Shown piece after piece: positions 47,155 through 57,137 of a stretch of 64,000 nucleotides of DNA. Within the stretch, counting starts at the first letter, position 1, and each line of letters starts with the position of its first letter. Made by a program: the position numbers and the translations under genes. Origin of the DNA: an uncultured Clostridia bacterium (GTDB lineage Bacteria > Bacillota > Clostridia > Christensenellales > UBA1242). The notes below the pieces were generated by a model that saw nothing but the letters and a program-made list of their open reading frames with translations, did not search any database and had not been told where the DNA came from. The stretch spans positions 37,279-101,278 of the forward strand of contig CALVZQ010000005.1 in NCBI GenBank assembly GCA_944372585.1, written 5' to 3'.

Positions 47155-48356
47155 TGAAAATTTTGGTTATCAACGCAGGAAGTTCTTCACTCAAATATCA
47201 ACTTCTTGATATGGAAACGGAAAAAGTTATTGCAAAAGGTAGTGTTGAAAAAATTGGACTTGAAGGTTCGATGATGACACATAAAGTCAATGGACAGGCA
47301 TACACTTACAAACAAAAACTCAGCAACCATTCAGAATCTTTGGAACTTGTTTTGAAAGTTCTTCAAGATCCAAAAATTGGAAGTTTGAAGTCTTTGGACG
47401 AAATTGGAGCTGTTGGGCACAGAGTTCTTCATGGTGGAGAAATCTATAGCAAAGCGGTTTTGGTCGATGATGAAGTTATGAAAAACTTGAAGAAATTGAC
47501 ACCACTTGGACCACTTCATATGCCTGCAAACATTTCAGGAATTGAAGCATGTATGAAAGTTATGCCAAAAGTTCCAAATGTTGCACTTTTTGACACTGCT
47601 TTTCATGCAACCATGCCAAAGAAAGCGTACACTTATGCAACTCCATATGAATGGTATGAAAAATATGGAGTCAGAAGATATGGTTTCCATGGAACAAGTC
47701 ATGAATATATCACAAGAACTGTTGAACAAATTGAAGGAGCAGACAAATTGAACATAATCAGTTGTCACATTGGAAATGGGGCATCTCTTGCAGCAATCAA
47801 AAATGGAAAATGTGTTGACACTTCAATGGGACTTACACCTCTTGAAGGTTTGATCATGGGAACAAGAAGTGGTGACTTGGATCCTGCAATTTTGGAATAT
47901 GTTATGGACAAAGAAGGGCTGGATATTAAGCAAATGCTCAATATTCTCAACAAAAAATCTGGACTTTTGGGCATAAGTGGTATTTCAAGTGATATTCGTG
48001 ATGTTCAGGCCGAAGTCAAGAATGGCAATGAAAGAGCAGAACTTGCAGTTGATTGCTTTATTTACAGAATTAAGAAATATATTGGTGCATATGCTGCTGC
48101 CCTTGGTGGGGTTGACGTCATTGTTTTCACTGCAGGAACTGGCGAGAATAGAGATGAAATCCGTGAAGAAATCATGAAAGATATGGAATTTATGGGTGTC
48201 GATTTTGATGTTGAAGCAAACAGAAATTTCAAAAGAGGGGAAATTTGTCTGATTTCAAAACCAACATCAAAGGTCAAGGTCTATGTCATTCCAACTGATG
48301 AAGAACTTATGATTGCAAGACAAACTAAGGCGGTTGTGGAGAATTTGAAGAAATAA
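47154..48356 (+). CDS. ackA: Acetate kinase
   Basis: MKILVINAGSSSLKYQL, GHRVLHGG, FHGTSH, TAGTGEN. TAATG overlap with pta. Confidence 0.92.
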   Translation: MKILVINAGSSSLKYQLLDMETEKVIAKGSVEKIGLEGSMMTHKVNGQAYTYKQKLSNHSESLELVLKVLQDPKIGSLKSLDEIGAVGHRVLHGGEIYSKAVLVDDEVMKNLKKLTPLGPLHMPANISGIEACMKVMPKVPNVALFDTAFHATMPKKAYTYATPYEWYEKYGVRRYGFHGTSHEYITRTVEQIEGADKLNIISCHIGNGASLAAIKNGKCVDTSMGLTPLEGLIMGTRSGDLDPAILEYVMDKEGLDIKQMLNILNKKSGLLGISGISSDIRDVQAEVKNGNERAELAVDCFIYRIKKYIGAYAAALGGVDVIVFTAGTGENRDEIREEIMKDMEFMGVDFDVEANRNFKRGEICLISKPTSKVKVYVIPTDEELMIARQTKAVVENLKK

Positions 48357-48542
48357 TCATGTTAGTGGACTAAAATTTCGGAAAAATTCGCAATATAACT
48401 TGACAAATGTTTTTAAATGAGATAGAATATACAAGCAAATGTAATCAAAAGTTGACAAAAAGTTAAATTTTTGCACTTTTTGTGGTAAGTTAATGTGACT
48501 GAATTGTCATACACTTAAAAAATTACTAAAAGGAGAAGAAAA

Positions 48543-48737
48543 ATGGCTGTTCCAAAGGGTAAAGTCTCAAAACAGAGAAGAAACACAAGAAATTCTGCAA
48601 ACTTCAAGGCAGAGGCTCCAACACTTGTTGAGTGCCCAAAATGTCACGAACTTAAAAAACCTCATACTGTTTGCAAAAATTGTGGAACATACAAAAACAA
48701 AACTGTTGTTGAGGATAAAAAGAATTCAAAAAAATAA
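48543..48737 (+). CDS. rpmF: 50S ribosomal protein L32
   Basis: MAVPKGKVSKQRRNTR plus a CPKC...CKNC zinc ribbon. AAGGAG RBS. Confidence 0.9.
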   Translation: MAVPKGKVSKQRRNTRNSANFKAEAPTLVECPKCHELKKPHTVCKNCGTYKNKTVVEDKKNSKK

Positions 48738-48762
48738 TCTATCAGAAATGATAGATTTTTTT
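48736..48762 (+). terminator. Rho-independent terminator after rpmF
   Basis: AATCTATCA-GAAA-TGATAGATT followed by TTTTT. Confidence 0.85.
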
Positions 48763-48929
48763 ATTTCATATTTCATCAAGAGCTAAGCAAAAAAAGTGTT
48801 TAAATCCTCTATTTCTTTTGACTTTTGCCGCTGTCTTTTGTTATAGTAATAGTGGTTTAGTGTATAAATTTGCTCTTTAATATTTTTGCTTGATATGGAA
48901 CTTTTAATGAATTTTTGTTGAGGTGATTT

Positions 48930-49946
48930 ATGAAAGTTGTTGTTGATGCTTTTGGTGGAGACAATGCACCATTAGAAATTGTTGAAGGTGCAGTTCTTGC
49001 AGTTGAAAAAAACAAGGATTTGACAGTTGTTTTGACTGGTGATGAAACAAAAATTAAAGAAATTTTGAATGGAAGGACAAACAGAATTGAAATTGTGCAT
49101 GCAAATGATGTCATAACCAATGATGATGTCCCAACAATTGCAATTCGTCAAAAGAAAGATTCTTCTTTGGTTAAGGCTTTTGATTTGTTGAAAGAAGATT
49201 CTGATGTTGTTGGTCTTGTTTCTGCAGGAAGTACAGGTGCGATCCTTTCGGGTGCAATTATGAAGATTGGGAGAATCAAAGGAATTTCTCGTCCTGCTCT
49301 TGCTCCGATTTTGCCAACTAAAAAAGACACAGATGTCATAATTATTGACAGCGGTGCAAATGTTGATTGCAAAAGTGAAAACTTGTTGCATTTTGCAATC
49401 ATGGGTTCTGCTTATTATTCCATTGTTGAAGGAGTTAAAGAACCAAGAGTTGCACTTTTGAATAATGGTGCGGAAGAACATAAGGGAAATGAGCTTACAA
49501 AAGAAACATATCCACTTATGAAAAAGTTGCCAATCAACTTCATTGGAAACACAGAAGCCAGAGAAGTTATGTCAGGTGATGTTGATGTCATTGTCACAGA
49601 TGGCTTTGCTGGAAACGTGCTTTTGAAAGGTGTTGAAGGCGCGGCAAGTGGAATTTTGTCTGTTTTGAAGAGAGAAATCAAGGCAAGTTTTTCTGCAAAA
49701 ATTGGCTATCTTTTCATGGGCAAAGTGTTCAAAAAATTGAAAGCAAAACTTGACATCAACAAACATGGTGGAGCACCATTTTTGGGTTGCAAAAAACTTG
49801 TTGTCAAAAACCATGGCTCATGTGGAAGAGATAACATTTGTGCATCAATTATGCAGGTGATCAAGCTCCATGAAAACAAATTGAATGAAAAAATTGAAGC
49901 TATGGTTGGCGAAATGACAAAGAAGATTGAGGTCGCAAATGGTTGA
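48930..49946 (+). CDS. plsX: Phosphate acyltransferase PlsX
   Basis: VVDAFGGDNAP, SAGSTGA, GFAGNVLLK, GAPFLG. Confidence 0.9.
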   Translation: MKVVVDAFGGDNAPLEIVEGAVLAVEKNKDLTVVLTGDETKIKEILNGRTNRIEIVHANDVITNDDVPTIAIRQKKDSSLVKAFDLLKEDSDVVGLVSAGSTGAILSGAIMKIGRIKGISRPALAPILPTKKDTDVIIIDSGANVDCKSENLLHFAIMGSAYYSIVEGVKEPRVALLNNGAEEHKGNELTKETYPLMKKLPINFIGNTEAREVMSGDVDVIVTDGFAGNVLLKGVEGAASGILSVLKREIKASFSAKIGYLFMGKVFKKLKAKLDINKHGGAPFLGCKKLVVKNHGSCGRDNICASIMQVIKLHENKLNEKIEAMVGEMTKKIEVANG

Positions 49947-50559
49947 CGAAAAAATAGGCTATGTTTTTAAAAATAAAAACCTTTTAAAACGTGCTTTGAC
50001 ACATCCTTCTAAGTCAAAAGAAAATTATCAAAGATTGGAATTTTTGGGTGATTCTATTTTGAACTTCTTGGTTGGAGAATATCTCTTTAAGCATTGTGAT
50101 AAACAAGAAGGTGAACTTACAGTTTTGAGGTCTCATTTTGTATCTGAAGACTATTTGGCTGCATGCTTTGATGAAATGGGTTTGGCGGAAGAGGTTATTG
50201 CTGGAAAAAGTTTGAACAATGAAATCACTTCAGCAATCAAAGGTGATGTCATTGAATCAATTATTGCTGGGATATATCTTGACAGCGATTTGGATACGGC
50301 AAGGAATTTCATTATTGAAAAACTTCACATTGACACTTTTGAAGATGCGAAAAATGACAACTACAAATCTCAACTGCAAGAACTTGTGCAAGCAAATTTC
50401 AAGTGCACGATGAAATATGAAACTGTCAAAGTGGGGAAATATTTTGAAGCAAAGTTCTTTATGGATGAAGATTTGATTGCTGTGGGATATGGAAAAGACA
50501 AAACCAAAGCAGAACAAAACTGTGCGTATGTGGCGTTGAATAAATTATTTGTGGACTGA
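49939..50559 (+). CDS. rnc: Ribonuclease III
   Basis: ATG 6 nt after GAGG, overlapping the plsX end by 8 nt. ERLEFLGDSILN signature plus a C-terminal dsRBD. Confidence 0.85.
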   Translation: MVDEKIGYVFKNKNLLKRALTHPSKSKENYQRLEFLGDSILNFLVGEYLFKHCDKQEGELTVLRSHFVSEDYLAACFDEMGLAEEVIAGKSLNNEITSAIKGDVIESIIAGIYLDSDLDTARNFIIEKLHIDTFEDAKNDNYKSQLQELVQANFKCTMKYETVKVGKYFEAKFFMDEDLIAVGYGKDKTKAEQNCAYVALNKLFVD

Positions 50560-50606
50560 TTACGATTATTAAAATATAACTTTTATTGGGTCCTTAAGGT
50601 GGGAAT

Positions 50607-53600
50607 ATGTATTTCAAAAAAATTGAAATGATTGGTTTTAAATCATTTGCAGACAGAACGGTTATTGAATTTAATGGTGGATTTACTGCTATTGTTGGAC
50701 CAAACGGTTGTGGCAAGAGCAATGTTTCTGATGCTATTCGTTGGGTGCTTGGTGAACAAAGTGCCAAGTCTTTGCGTGGAGATAACATGCAGGACGTTAT
50801 TTTTAAGGGAACAGAAAAGAGAAAAAGTTTGTCATATTGTGAAGTTACTTTGACTTTTGATAACACTGACAGATTTTTCAACATTGCCTATGATGAACTT
50901 TCAATCACAAGAAAACTTTATCGTTCTGGCGAAAGTGAATATCAAATCAACAAAAACACTTGTCGTTTGCGTGACATAACCGACCTTTTGTTTGACAGTG
51001 GTATCGGAAAGAATGGTTATTCTGTCATTGGACAAGGCAAGGTTAGCGAAATTGTTGACGAGAAACCAGAAGAGCGTCGTGCCATGTTTGAAGAGGCGGC
51101 AGGAATTGCAAAATTCAAATCAAGAAAAGATGAAGCGGAAAGAAAACTTGAAAGAACTCGCGACAATTTGGTGCGTATTGACGACATTCGTGGCGAAATT
51201 GACAGGCAAATGGGGCCTCTTCGCAAGCAAGCGGAAGATGCAAAAAAATATCTTGAATACAAAGGGCAACTTAAAGATTTGGAAGTCAATGCCTACATTT
51301 ATCAATATGAAAATGCCAGCGTAGTTAAAGAACAAATCAATGCAAAATTGCAGGCTATTGACGAAGAAATGTTTGCAAGACAAACCGATTTGGACAACAT
51401 CACTCGTGAATATGCCGAAGCAATGGACAAATTGTCGGCTTATGACAAAGAAATTGCTTCTTTGAATGATGAACTTTTGAGACTCACTGTTGAACTTGAA
51501 AAGCAAGAAGGAGAAACAAAAGTAACTCGTGAGAGAATCAATTACACACAAAAAGAGAACGACAGAATCAATCTTGATTTGACCAATGCTCAGACAGTGA
51601 TTGAAACTTGTGAAGAACAGGAACAAGCAAAAAATGAAGAAAAAACAAGACTTCAAGAACGTTTGAATGTTTTGAACACAACTTATGAAAACTTATCAGC
51701 AAAGCACTTGCAAATTGTTGATGAGATGTCTTTGAGTGAAACAGAAACAGGAGAATCACAACAAAAAATCATTGAAACTCTTGGTTCGCTTTCTGATGTC
51801 AAGAGCAATGTTTCAAGACTTGAAACAGAAAGAAATCTTCTTGTTCAAAACAGAGAAAATCTTGAGAAAAACTTAAAAGATGTCGAAGAAAAAATTGCCA
51901 ACATCAAAAATTTGAGTCAAGCAAGCAAAGAGACGATTGACAAGACTTCAAAACAATTTCAAGAGATAAAAAACAAGCAGGAAGAAATTTCTGGGCGTAT
52001 TTTTGTCACTACAAGAGATATTGCAGAACTGGAAACTGAGAGAGCAAACTTGATTACTCAGGTTAAGGTTTATGAAAACAGAAGAAAACTCTTGTCTGAG
52101 ATGCAAGCTGAATATGAAGGTTATGCTCAAAGTGTTAGAAAAATTTTGAAAGAAAGTGAAAAGAACTCAGCATTCAGCAGTAAAATGGTTGGCGTTCTTG
52201 CTTCTCTTATCAAAGTTCCTGCTCAGTTTGAAACTGCAATTGAAGTTGCTCTTGGAAATGCTGTCCAAAACATTGTTACATACAATGAAGATGGGGCAAA
52301 GGACTTGATTGCATATTTGAAAGAAAACAAATTTGGTCGTGCAACATTCTTGCCTATCAGCAGTATGCGTAGACGTGATATGGACGAAAGAAGCATTGCT
52401 GGAAAGAAGGGCGTTTTTGGAGTTGCAAGCAAACTTATCTCTTATGACAAGAAAATTGACAATGTCATCAGCAACTTGCTTGGAGGCACTGTTGTGGTTG
52501 ACACGTTGGCAACGGCTGTTGACCTTGCGAGAGACAACAGATTTTCTTTCAAGATTGTCACACTTGATGGGGATGTTGTCAGCACACAAGGTTCACTTAC
52601 TGGTGGAAGCAAGCGTAGTGAAGTTGTGAATTTGATTTCTCGCCAAAGAGAGATTGAAACACTTGCAACTGAAATTGATGCTTTAACTCGAAAAGAATAT
52701 GAAATGAAAAATAAGATAGACTATCTTAAAGTCGATTTAAATGCCTCAAAATCGAGTGAAAAGCAAATTCTTGATCAGAAAAACGAACTTGAAATCAACT
52801 TGGCAAAAGAGCAAGAAAAACTTGAAGCAATCAACAAGGATTTGGCAGAACTTGAAGACGAAAAGAATGTTTATGAAATGGAAAAAACTTCTGTTTCCAA
52901 CAAATTGAAGTTGATTGAACAAGATTTGTCACAAACCAATTTGGTTCAAAATGCTTTGAGTGGAAACAAAGAAGATGCAGACCTTTTGATTAAGCAAAAA
53001 CAAGAGCATTACAACCAAATTAGAAAGGAAAGAGATGAGATTGTTTCCAACATGACAACGGTCAAAGTTGAAATTGCATCTTGTGAAGCACAAATCAAGG
53101 CTTTGAAGGAAGATTTGGACAGAATTTTGCTTGAAAAAGACAAACAACTTTCCAATATTGAATCTTTGAAATCTCACTTGGCAGAGAACGAAAAGTTTAT
53201 TGCAAGTGCAGAAGAAATGATTAGGGTTCAGATTGAAAATGCAAAACCTTCACTTGCAAAGGACAATTTGCAGAAGATCAGAAAAGATAGAGAAAATCTT
53301 GAAAACAGCAAGGTTGCCATCTCTGCAAGTATTAAGAAGTTGGACGAAAACAAAACAGTCACAATGGAAGAAATTTCCAAAGTTAATGACAAAAAATATC
53401 GCGAAGAAGCAAATCTGGCAAAGGTTGACACAGAACTTGAGGCTATGCAAGAGAGAATCTATGAAGAATACAGTTTGACTTATTCAGGTTGCTTGGAATT
53501 TAGGCGTCCAGACTTTGAGATTAAGGAAGCGCTTATAAGCATCAACAAATTGAAAAAAGATATCTCTGCTCTTGGTTATGTCAATGTTCATGCGATTGAA

Positions 53601-54194
53601 GATTGTTCAACATTGCTTGAAAGATACAATAAAATGACAACTCAATCCGACGACTTGAAGAAAGCAGAAGAAGATTTGGTTAAGATTATCAAAGACCTTT
53701 CAAATGAGATGTTGACCAAATTTAATGACGAATTTGAAAAGATTAACGACAGTTTCAAGGTTGTCTTCAGAGAATTGTTTGGGGGTGGAAATGCCAGATT
53801 GGAACTTACAGAAGCGGAAGATCCTCTTAATGCTGGTGTTGAAATCATGGTTCAACTGCCAGGAAAGGCAGCGAACAAACTTTCACTTTTGAGTGGTGGA
53901 GAAAAGACTTTGACTGCAATCGCTTTGTTGTTCTCAATTTTGAGATTGAAGCCATTGCCATTCTCACTTTTGGACGAAATCGAAGCGGCTCTTGACGATG
54001 CGAACATCGAAAGATTTGCTATGTATTTGAAAAAACTTTCTTCGACAACGCAATTTATTGTTATCACTCACAGAAAGCCTACAATGGAACTTGCAGATTG
54101 TCTTTATGGTGTCACAATGGAAGAAAAAGGTGTGTCTAAGATTGTTTCTGTTAAACTTGCAGATGCTATTAAACAAGCAGAACAAGGAAACTAA
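50607..54194 (+). CDS. smc: Chromosome condensation protein SMC
   Basis: FKSFADRT, GPNGCGKSN Walker A, long coiled coils, hinge, LSGGEKTLTAIALLF, LLDEIEAALD. Confidence 0.93.
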   Translation: MYFKKIEMIGFKSFADRTVIEFNGGFTAIVGPNGCGKSNVSDAIRWVLGEQSAKSLRGDNMQDVIFKGTEKRKSLSYCEVTLTFDNTDRFFNIAYDELSITRKLYRSGESEYQINKNTCRLRDITDLLFDSGIGKNGYSVIGQGKVSEIVDEKPEERRAMFEEAAGIAKFKSRKDEAERKLERTRDNLVRIDDIRGEIDRQMGPLRKQAEDAKKYLEYKGQLKDLEVNAYIYQYENASVVKEQINAKLQAIDEEMFARQTDLDNITREYAEAMDKLSAYDKEIASLNDELLRLTVELEKQEGETKVTRERINYTQKENDRINLDLTNAQTVIETCEEQEQAKNEEKTRLQERLNVLNTTYENLSAKHLQIVDEMSLSETETGESQQKIIETLGSLSDVKSNVSRLETERNLLVQNRENLEKNLKDVEEKIANIKNLSQASKETIDKTSKQFQEIKNKQEEISGRIFVTTRDIAELETERANLITQVKVYENRRKLLSEMQAEYEGYAQSVRKILKESEKNSAFSSKMVGVLASLIKVPAQFETAIEVALGNAVQNIVTYNEDGAKDLIAYLKENKFGRATFLPISSMRRRDMDERSIAGKKGVFGVASKLISYDKKIDNVISNLLGGTVVVDTLATAVDLARDNRFSFKIVTLDGDVVSTQGSLTGGSKRSEVVNLISRQREIETLATEIDALTRKEYEMKNKIDYLKVDLNASKSSEKQILDQKNELEINLAKEQEKLEAINKDLAELEDEKNVYEMEKTSVSNKLKLIEQDLSQTNLVQNALSGNKEDADLLIKQKQEHYNQIRKERDEIVSNMTTVKVEIASCEAQIKALKEDLDRILLEKDKQLSNIESLKSHLAENEKFIASAEEMIRVQIENAKPSLAKDNLQKIRKDRENLENSKVAISASIKKLDENKTVTMEEISKVNDKKYREEANLAKVDTELEAMQERIYEEYSLTYSGCLEFRRPDFEIKEALISINKLKKDISALGYVNVHAIEDCSTLLERYNKMTTQSDDLKKAEEDLVKIIKDLSNEMLTKFNDEFEKINDSFKVVFRELFGGGNARLELTEAEDPLNAGVEIMVQLPGKAANKLSLLSGGEKTLTAIALLFSILRLKPLPFSLLDEIEAALDDANIERFAMYLKKLSSTTQFIVITHRKPTMELADCLYGVTMEEKGVSKIVSVKLADAIKQAEQGN

Positions 54195-54205
54195 AAGGAG
54201 ATTTG

Positions 54206-55102
54206 ATGGGACTTTTTAAAAAAATAGGTAATGCTCTGAAAAAGACAAGAGATGCAATCAATCGCAAAATTGATGCTCTTTTAAGTCATGGAGAAGTTGA
54301 TGACGAACTTTTTGACGATTTGACTGATGTTTTGATTTCTAGTGATATTGGCGTTAAGTCTTCAATGGAAATTGTTGAAGAGTTGAGAGATGAATGTCAC
54401 AAACGCAAAATCAGAAAAGCAGATGGAGTCAAAGACCTTTTGAAAGAAATCATTCAAGGATATTTTGAAGATGCTCCACAGATTGAAATTGAATATCCGG
54501 CAATCATCACCATCATCGGAGTGAATGGTGTTGGAAAAACTACGACAATTGGAAAACTCGCAAACTATTTCAAAAATCAGAAAAAGAGTGTGACCTTGGT
54601 TGCGGGTGACACTTTCAGAGCAGCTGCGTCATCTCAACTTTCTGAATGGGCTGGGAGAACAAAAACGAGAATAATCAAGCATGCTGAAGGAGCAGATGCT
54701 GGGGCTGTTGTTTTTGATGGAATTGCGAGTGCAAAAGCAAACAACACAGATGTCTTGTTGGTTGATACAGCAGGAAGACTTCACACAAAAACAAACCTTA
54801 TGGCAGAACTTCAAAAGATTGAAAAGATTATTGACAGAGAATATCCAGAGGCTCACAAATATAACTTCATTGTTCTTGATGCAACAACAGGACAAAATGC
54901 ACTTTCTCAAATTCATGCATTTGATGAATATTGCAAAATAGATGGCATCGTTTTGACCAAACTTGATGGAACTGCCAAAGGTGGGGTCATTATTGCCATT
55001 GAGAAGGAATATAAACTTCCTGTTGTGTTTGTTGGAACAGGTGAAACTGTTGATGATTTGGACAAATTCAATCCAAAAGAATTTGTTGATGAATTGTATT
55101 GA
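54206..55102 (+). CDS. ftsY: Signal recognition particle receptor FtsY (short form, NG domain only)
   Basis: GVNGVGKTTTIGKLA, DTAGRLH, TKLDGTAKGG. Confidence 0.9.
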   Translation: MGLFKKIGNALKKTRDAINRKIDALLSHGEVDDELFDDLTDVLISSDIGVKSSMEIVEELRDECHKRKIRKADGVKDLLKEIIQGYFEDAPQIEIEYPAIITIIGVNGVGKTTTIGKLANYFKNQKKSVTLVAGDTFRAAASSQLSEWAGRTKTRIIKHAEGADAGAVVFDGIASAKANNTDVLLVDTAGRLHTKTNLMAELQKIEKIIDREYPEAHKYNFIVLDATTGQNALSQIHAFDEYCKIDGIVLTKLDGTAKGGVIIAIEKEYKLPVVFVGTGETVDDLDKFNPKEFVDELY

Positions 55103-55163
55103 CATTCAATTAAAATGTTGCATAATACACAACATATTGTGGTAATATGCAACATAATTGAAA

Positions 55164-55204
55164 GAAAAAAGCACTTGTCAAATTTGACATATGCTTGTTT
55201 TTTT
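55164..55204. terminator. Bidirectional terminator between ftsY and the convergent hypothetical gene
   Basis: AAGCA-CT-TGTCAAATTTGACA-TA-TGCTT palindrome flanked by A6 and T7. Confidence 0.7.
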
Positions 55205-55209
55205 GTGAT

Positions 55210-56115
55210 TTATTTATCGTCTTTGCCGTCTCTACGTATGTTTGTTGGTTTTGTTCCTGGATTGCAAACAACAGACATTTCATATGGAGTCATTCTTTTG
55301 CTTGAATAGCTTTTGTTGTTTGTAATTGAATCTTCAACCATTGAATTGAAAACACACAGAAGCACTTTTTCTTTTTCTGACAATTTGTTGCTATGCAATT
55401 CTTCTTGAACATATTGTTCAATTACACCAAGGATCAGACCTTTCATATACGGATTGCTGTCGTCAAAAGCAAAGCCTTTCAATATGAAATGAGAGTCATC
55501 TGCTGGAGGGACAAAAACTCCAAAAGTCAAATTTGCAAACAATTTGTTGAGTTGGGAAGATAGTTCTCTTTGAGTGTCAGGCAGGAGGCATTGATAGTTT
55601 TTCAAATTTTCATATTCAATTTTTACTGGAAATTTTTCGACGATTTCCACATTGTTGTAGATTTCAAGCAATTCATCATGAAATTCAATTTTGGAAAGGT
55701 CTTCCAAATGTAATTCTGGATGTTCTTTGAAATATTGTCCAATTGCAACAACTTCTTCTTGATTTAGATGTCTCTTAAGTTCGGTTGTTCTTTTTATTGT
55801 TGCCTCTTGGTACATTTCGGCAAATGCTTCAAGCATAATCTTTTCTGCTTTGCTTTTTACGTTTTTGCTTTCTTCAATCAAAAAACTTACAATTTCGTTT
55901 GTTGCGAATGACTCCAAGAAATCCGGCAAAATAAATCTATTGCTCATTGTCAAACAAAAAACAGGTTTTCCTTCTGAGTCTTTTCTCAAGCCAAAAGAAA
56001 TTCTTTCATTAAGATTTTTTTCTATCACATCAGCAACTTGCATCAAAAATGTTTGGTTTGATTCTTGTTTCATTCTTTTGTAATAATTTGAATTTTTGAA
56101 GTTTATAACTTTCAT
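55210..56115 (-). CDS. Hypothetical protein (301 aa)
   Basis: Long ORF with minus-strand GAGGAAGG RBS. No TM segment and no recognisable motif. Confidence 0.5.
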   Translation of the reverse strand: MKVINFKNSNYYKRMKQESNQTFLMQVADVIEKNLNERISFGLRKDSEGKPVFCLTMSNRFILPDFLESFATNEIVSFLIEESKNVKSKAEKIMLEAFAEMYQEATIKRTTELKRHLNQEEVVAIGQYFKEHPELHLEDLSKIEFHDELLEIYNNVEIVEKFPVKIEYENLKNYQCLLPDTQRELSSQLNKLFANLTFGVFVPPADDSHFILKGFAFDDSNPYMKGLILGVIEQYVQEELHSNKLSEKEKVLLCVFNSMVEDSITNNKSYSSKRMTPYEMSVVCNPGTKPTNIRRDGKDDK

Positions 56116-56245
56116 TTTTCACCTTCCTCTATATTTTTGTATTATATCAAAAATCGTTTTGATAGTCAATAGCACATTTTATTAAATTTTTTTGGCAAAA
56201 TTCTACAAATTTCAACATATATTGTAACATCGCTAAGGAGAGTTT

Positions 56246-56995
56246 ATGATTTTTGAAAGTTTTGCCTATTTTTTGAGTCGTATTTGTGTCTTTACAAATT
56301 ATGTCAACACGGTGCAGGGGTTTCCAAAACCTCTTTCTTTGGAGGAAGAAAAAGAAGCATTTGAAAAAATGAAACAAGGAGACATGAAAGCAAGAGACAA
56401 ACTTATCAGTCACAATTTGCGACTTGTTGCACATATCGTTAAAAAATATACTTATTCTCTTGAAGCAGATGATTTGTTGTCTGTCGGAACAATTGGTCTT
56501 ATCAAAGCAATTGACACTTTTGATTATGGCAAAAAAGTTCAACTTTCAACGTATGCAGCAAGGTGCATAAACAATGAAATTTTGATGCTTATTCGTTCAA
56601 ACAAAAAGCATAAAAATGTTGTTTCATTAAACAGTTTGACAAGCAATAATGATGAAGACAAAGATTTGGAACTTAAAGATGTTCTCGCATCAGATGATGA
56701 GGAAATTTTTTCTCAAGTTGAAAACAATTTGATCATGCAAAAAATCAAGAATATCATTGCAACAAAACTTGACAAAAGGGAGCAGGCGGTCATCAAATTA
56801 CGCTATGGTATTGACTGTGAAAAAGCCTTAACGCAAAAGGAAGTTGCTCAAGAACTTGGAATTTCTAGGTCCTACATTTCAAGGATTGAAAACAAAACAT
56901 TGAAAGTTATCAAAGAAGAATTTGAGAAAAGTGAGCATACACCAGAAAAGAACGAGGATAAATCTGAAAAAGATAAAACTTTTCAAAAAAATTGA
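56246..56995 (+). CDS. sigK: Sporulation sigma factor SigK (pro-sigma-K), uninterrupted
   Basis: AAGGAG RBS. YVNTVQGFPKPLSLEEE, HNLRLVAHIVKKY, GTIGLIKAIDTF and TYAARCINNEILM match sigma-K better than sigma-E. A hydrophobic ~20-aa pro-sequence is present. Confidence 0.8.
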   Translation: MIFESFAYFLSRICVFTNYVNTVQGFPKPLSLEEEKEAFEKMKQGDMKARDKLISHNLRLVAHIVKKYTYSLEADDLLSVGTIGLIKAIDTFDYGKKVQLSTYAARCINNEILMLIRSNKKHKNVVSLNSLTSNNDEDKDLELKDVLASDDEEIFSQVENNLIMQKIKNIIATKLDKREQAVIKLRYGIDCEKALTQKEVAQELGISRSYISRIENKTLKVIKEEFEKSEHTPEKNEDKSEKDKTFQKN

Positions 56996-57137
56996 TTGAT
57001 TTTGCTTGACAGGTTTTTGATAGTATTTTATCATTAAATGTATATATATTTATAACTAAAATCGCATCTTTTTTGTTTTTGTAGGGATTGTTTTAGATTT
57101 TTTTGATGTGACTTCAAATTTTTGTGGGGAGGGGACT

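Noticed and set aside
51120-51656. Long antisense or alternate-frame ORFs inside large genes (for example 1426-1980, 2666-3199, 37312-37935, 48972-49481, 51120-51656, 54629-55105, 60116-60613, 62116-62727)
   Set aside because: They lie wholly within strongly supported genes, lack RBSs, and have low-complexity, F/L/I/K/N-rich products typical of shadow ORFs in AT-rich DNA.
55115-55152. Long imperfect hairpin after ftsY as a possible small RNA or SRP RNA
   Set aside because: It has no conserved SRP domain IV motif and no promoter. Together with the adjacent palindrome it is adequately explained as a tandem terminator structure between convergent genes.
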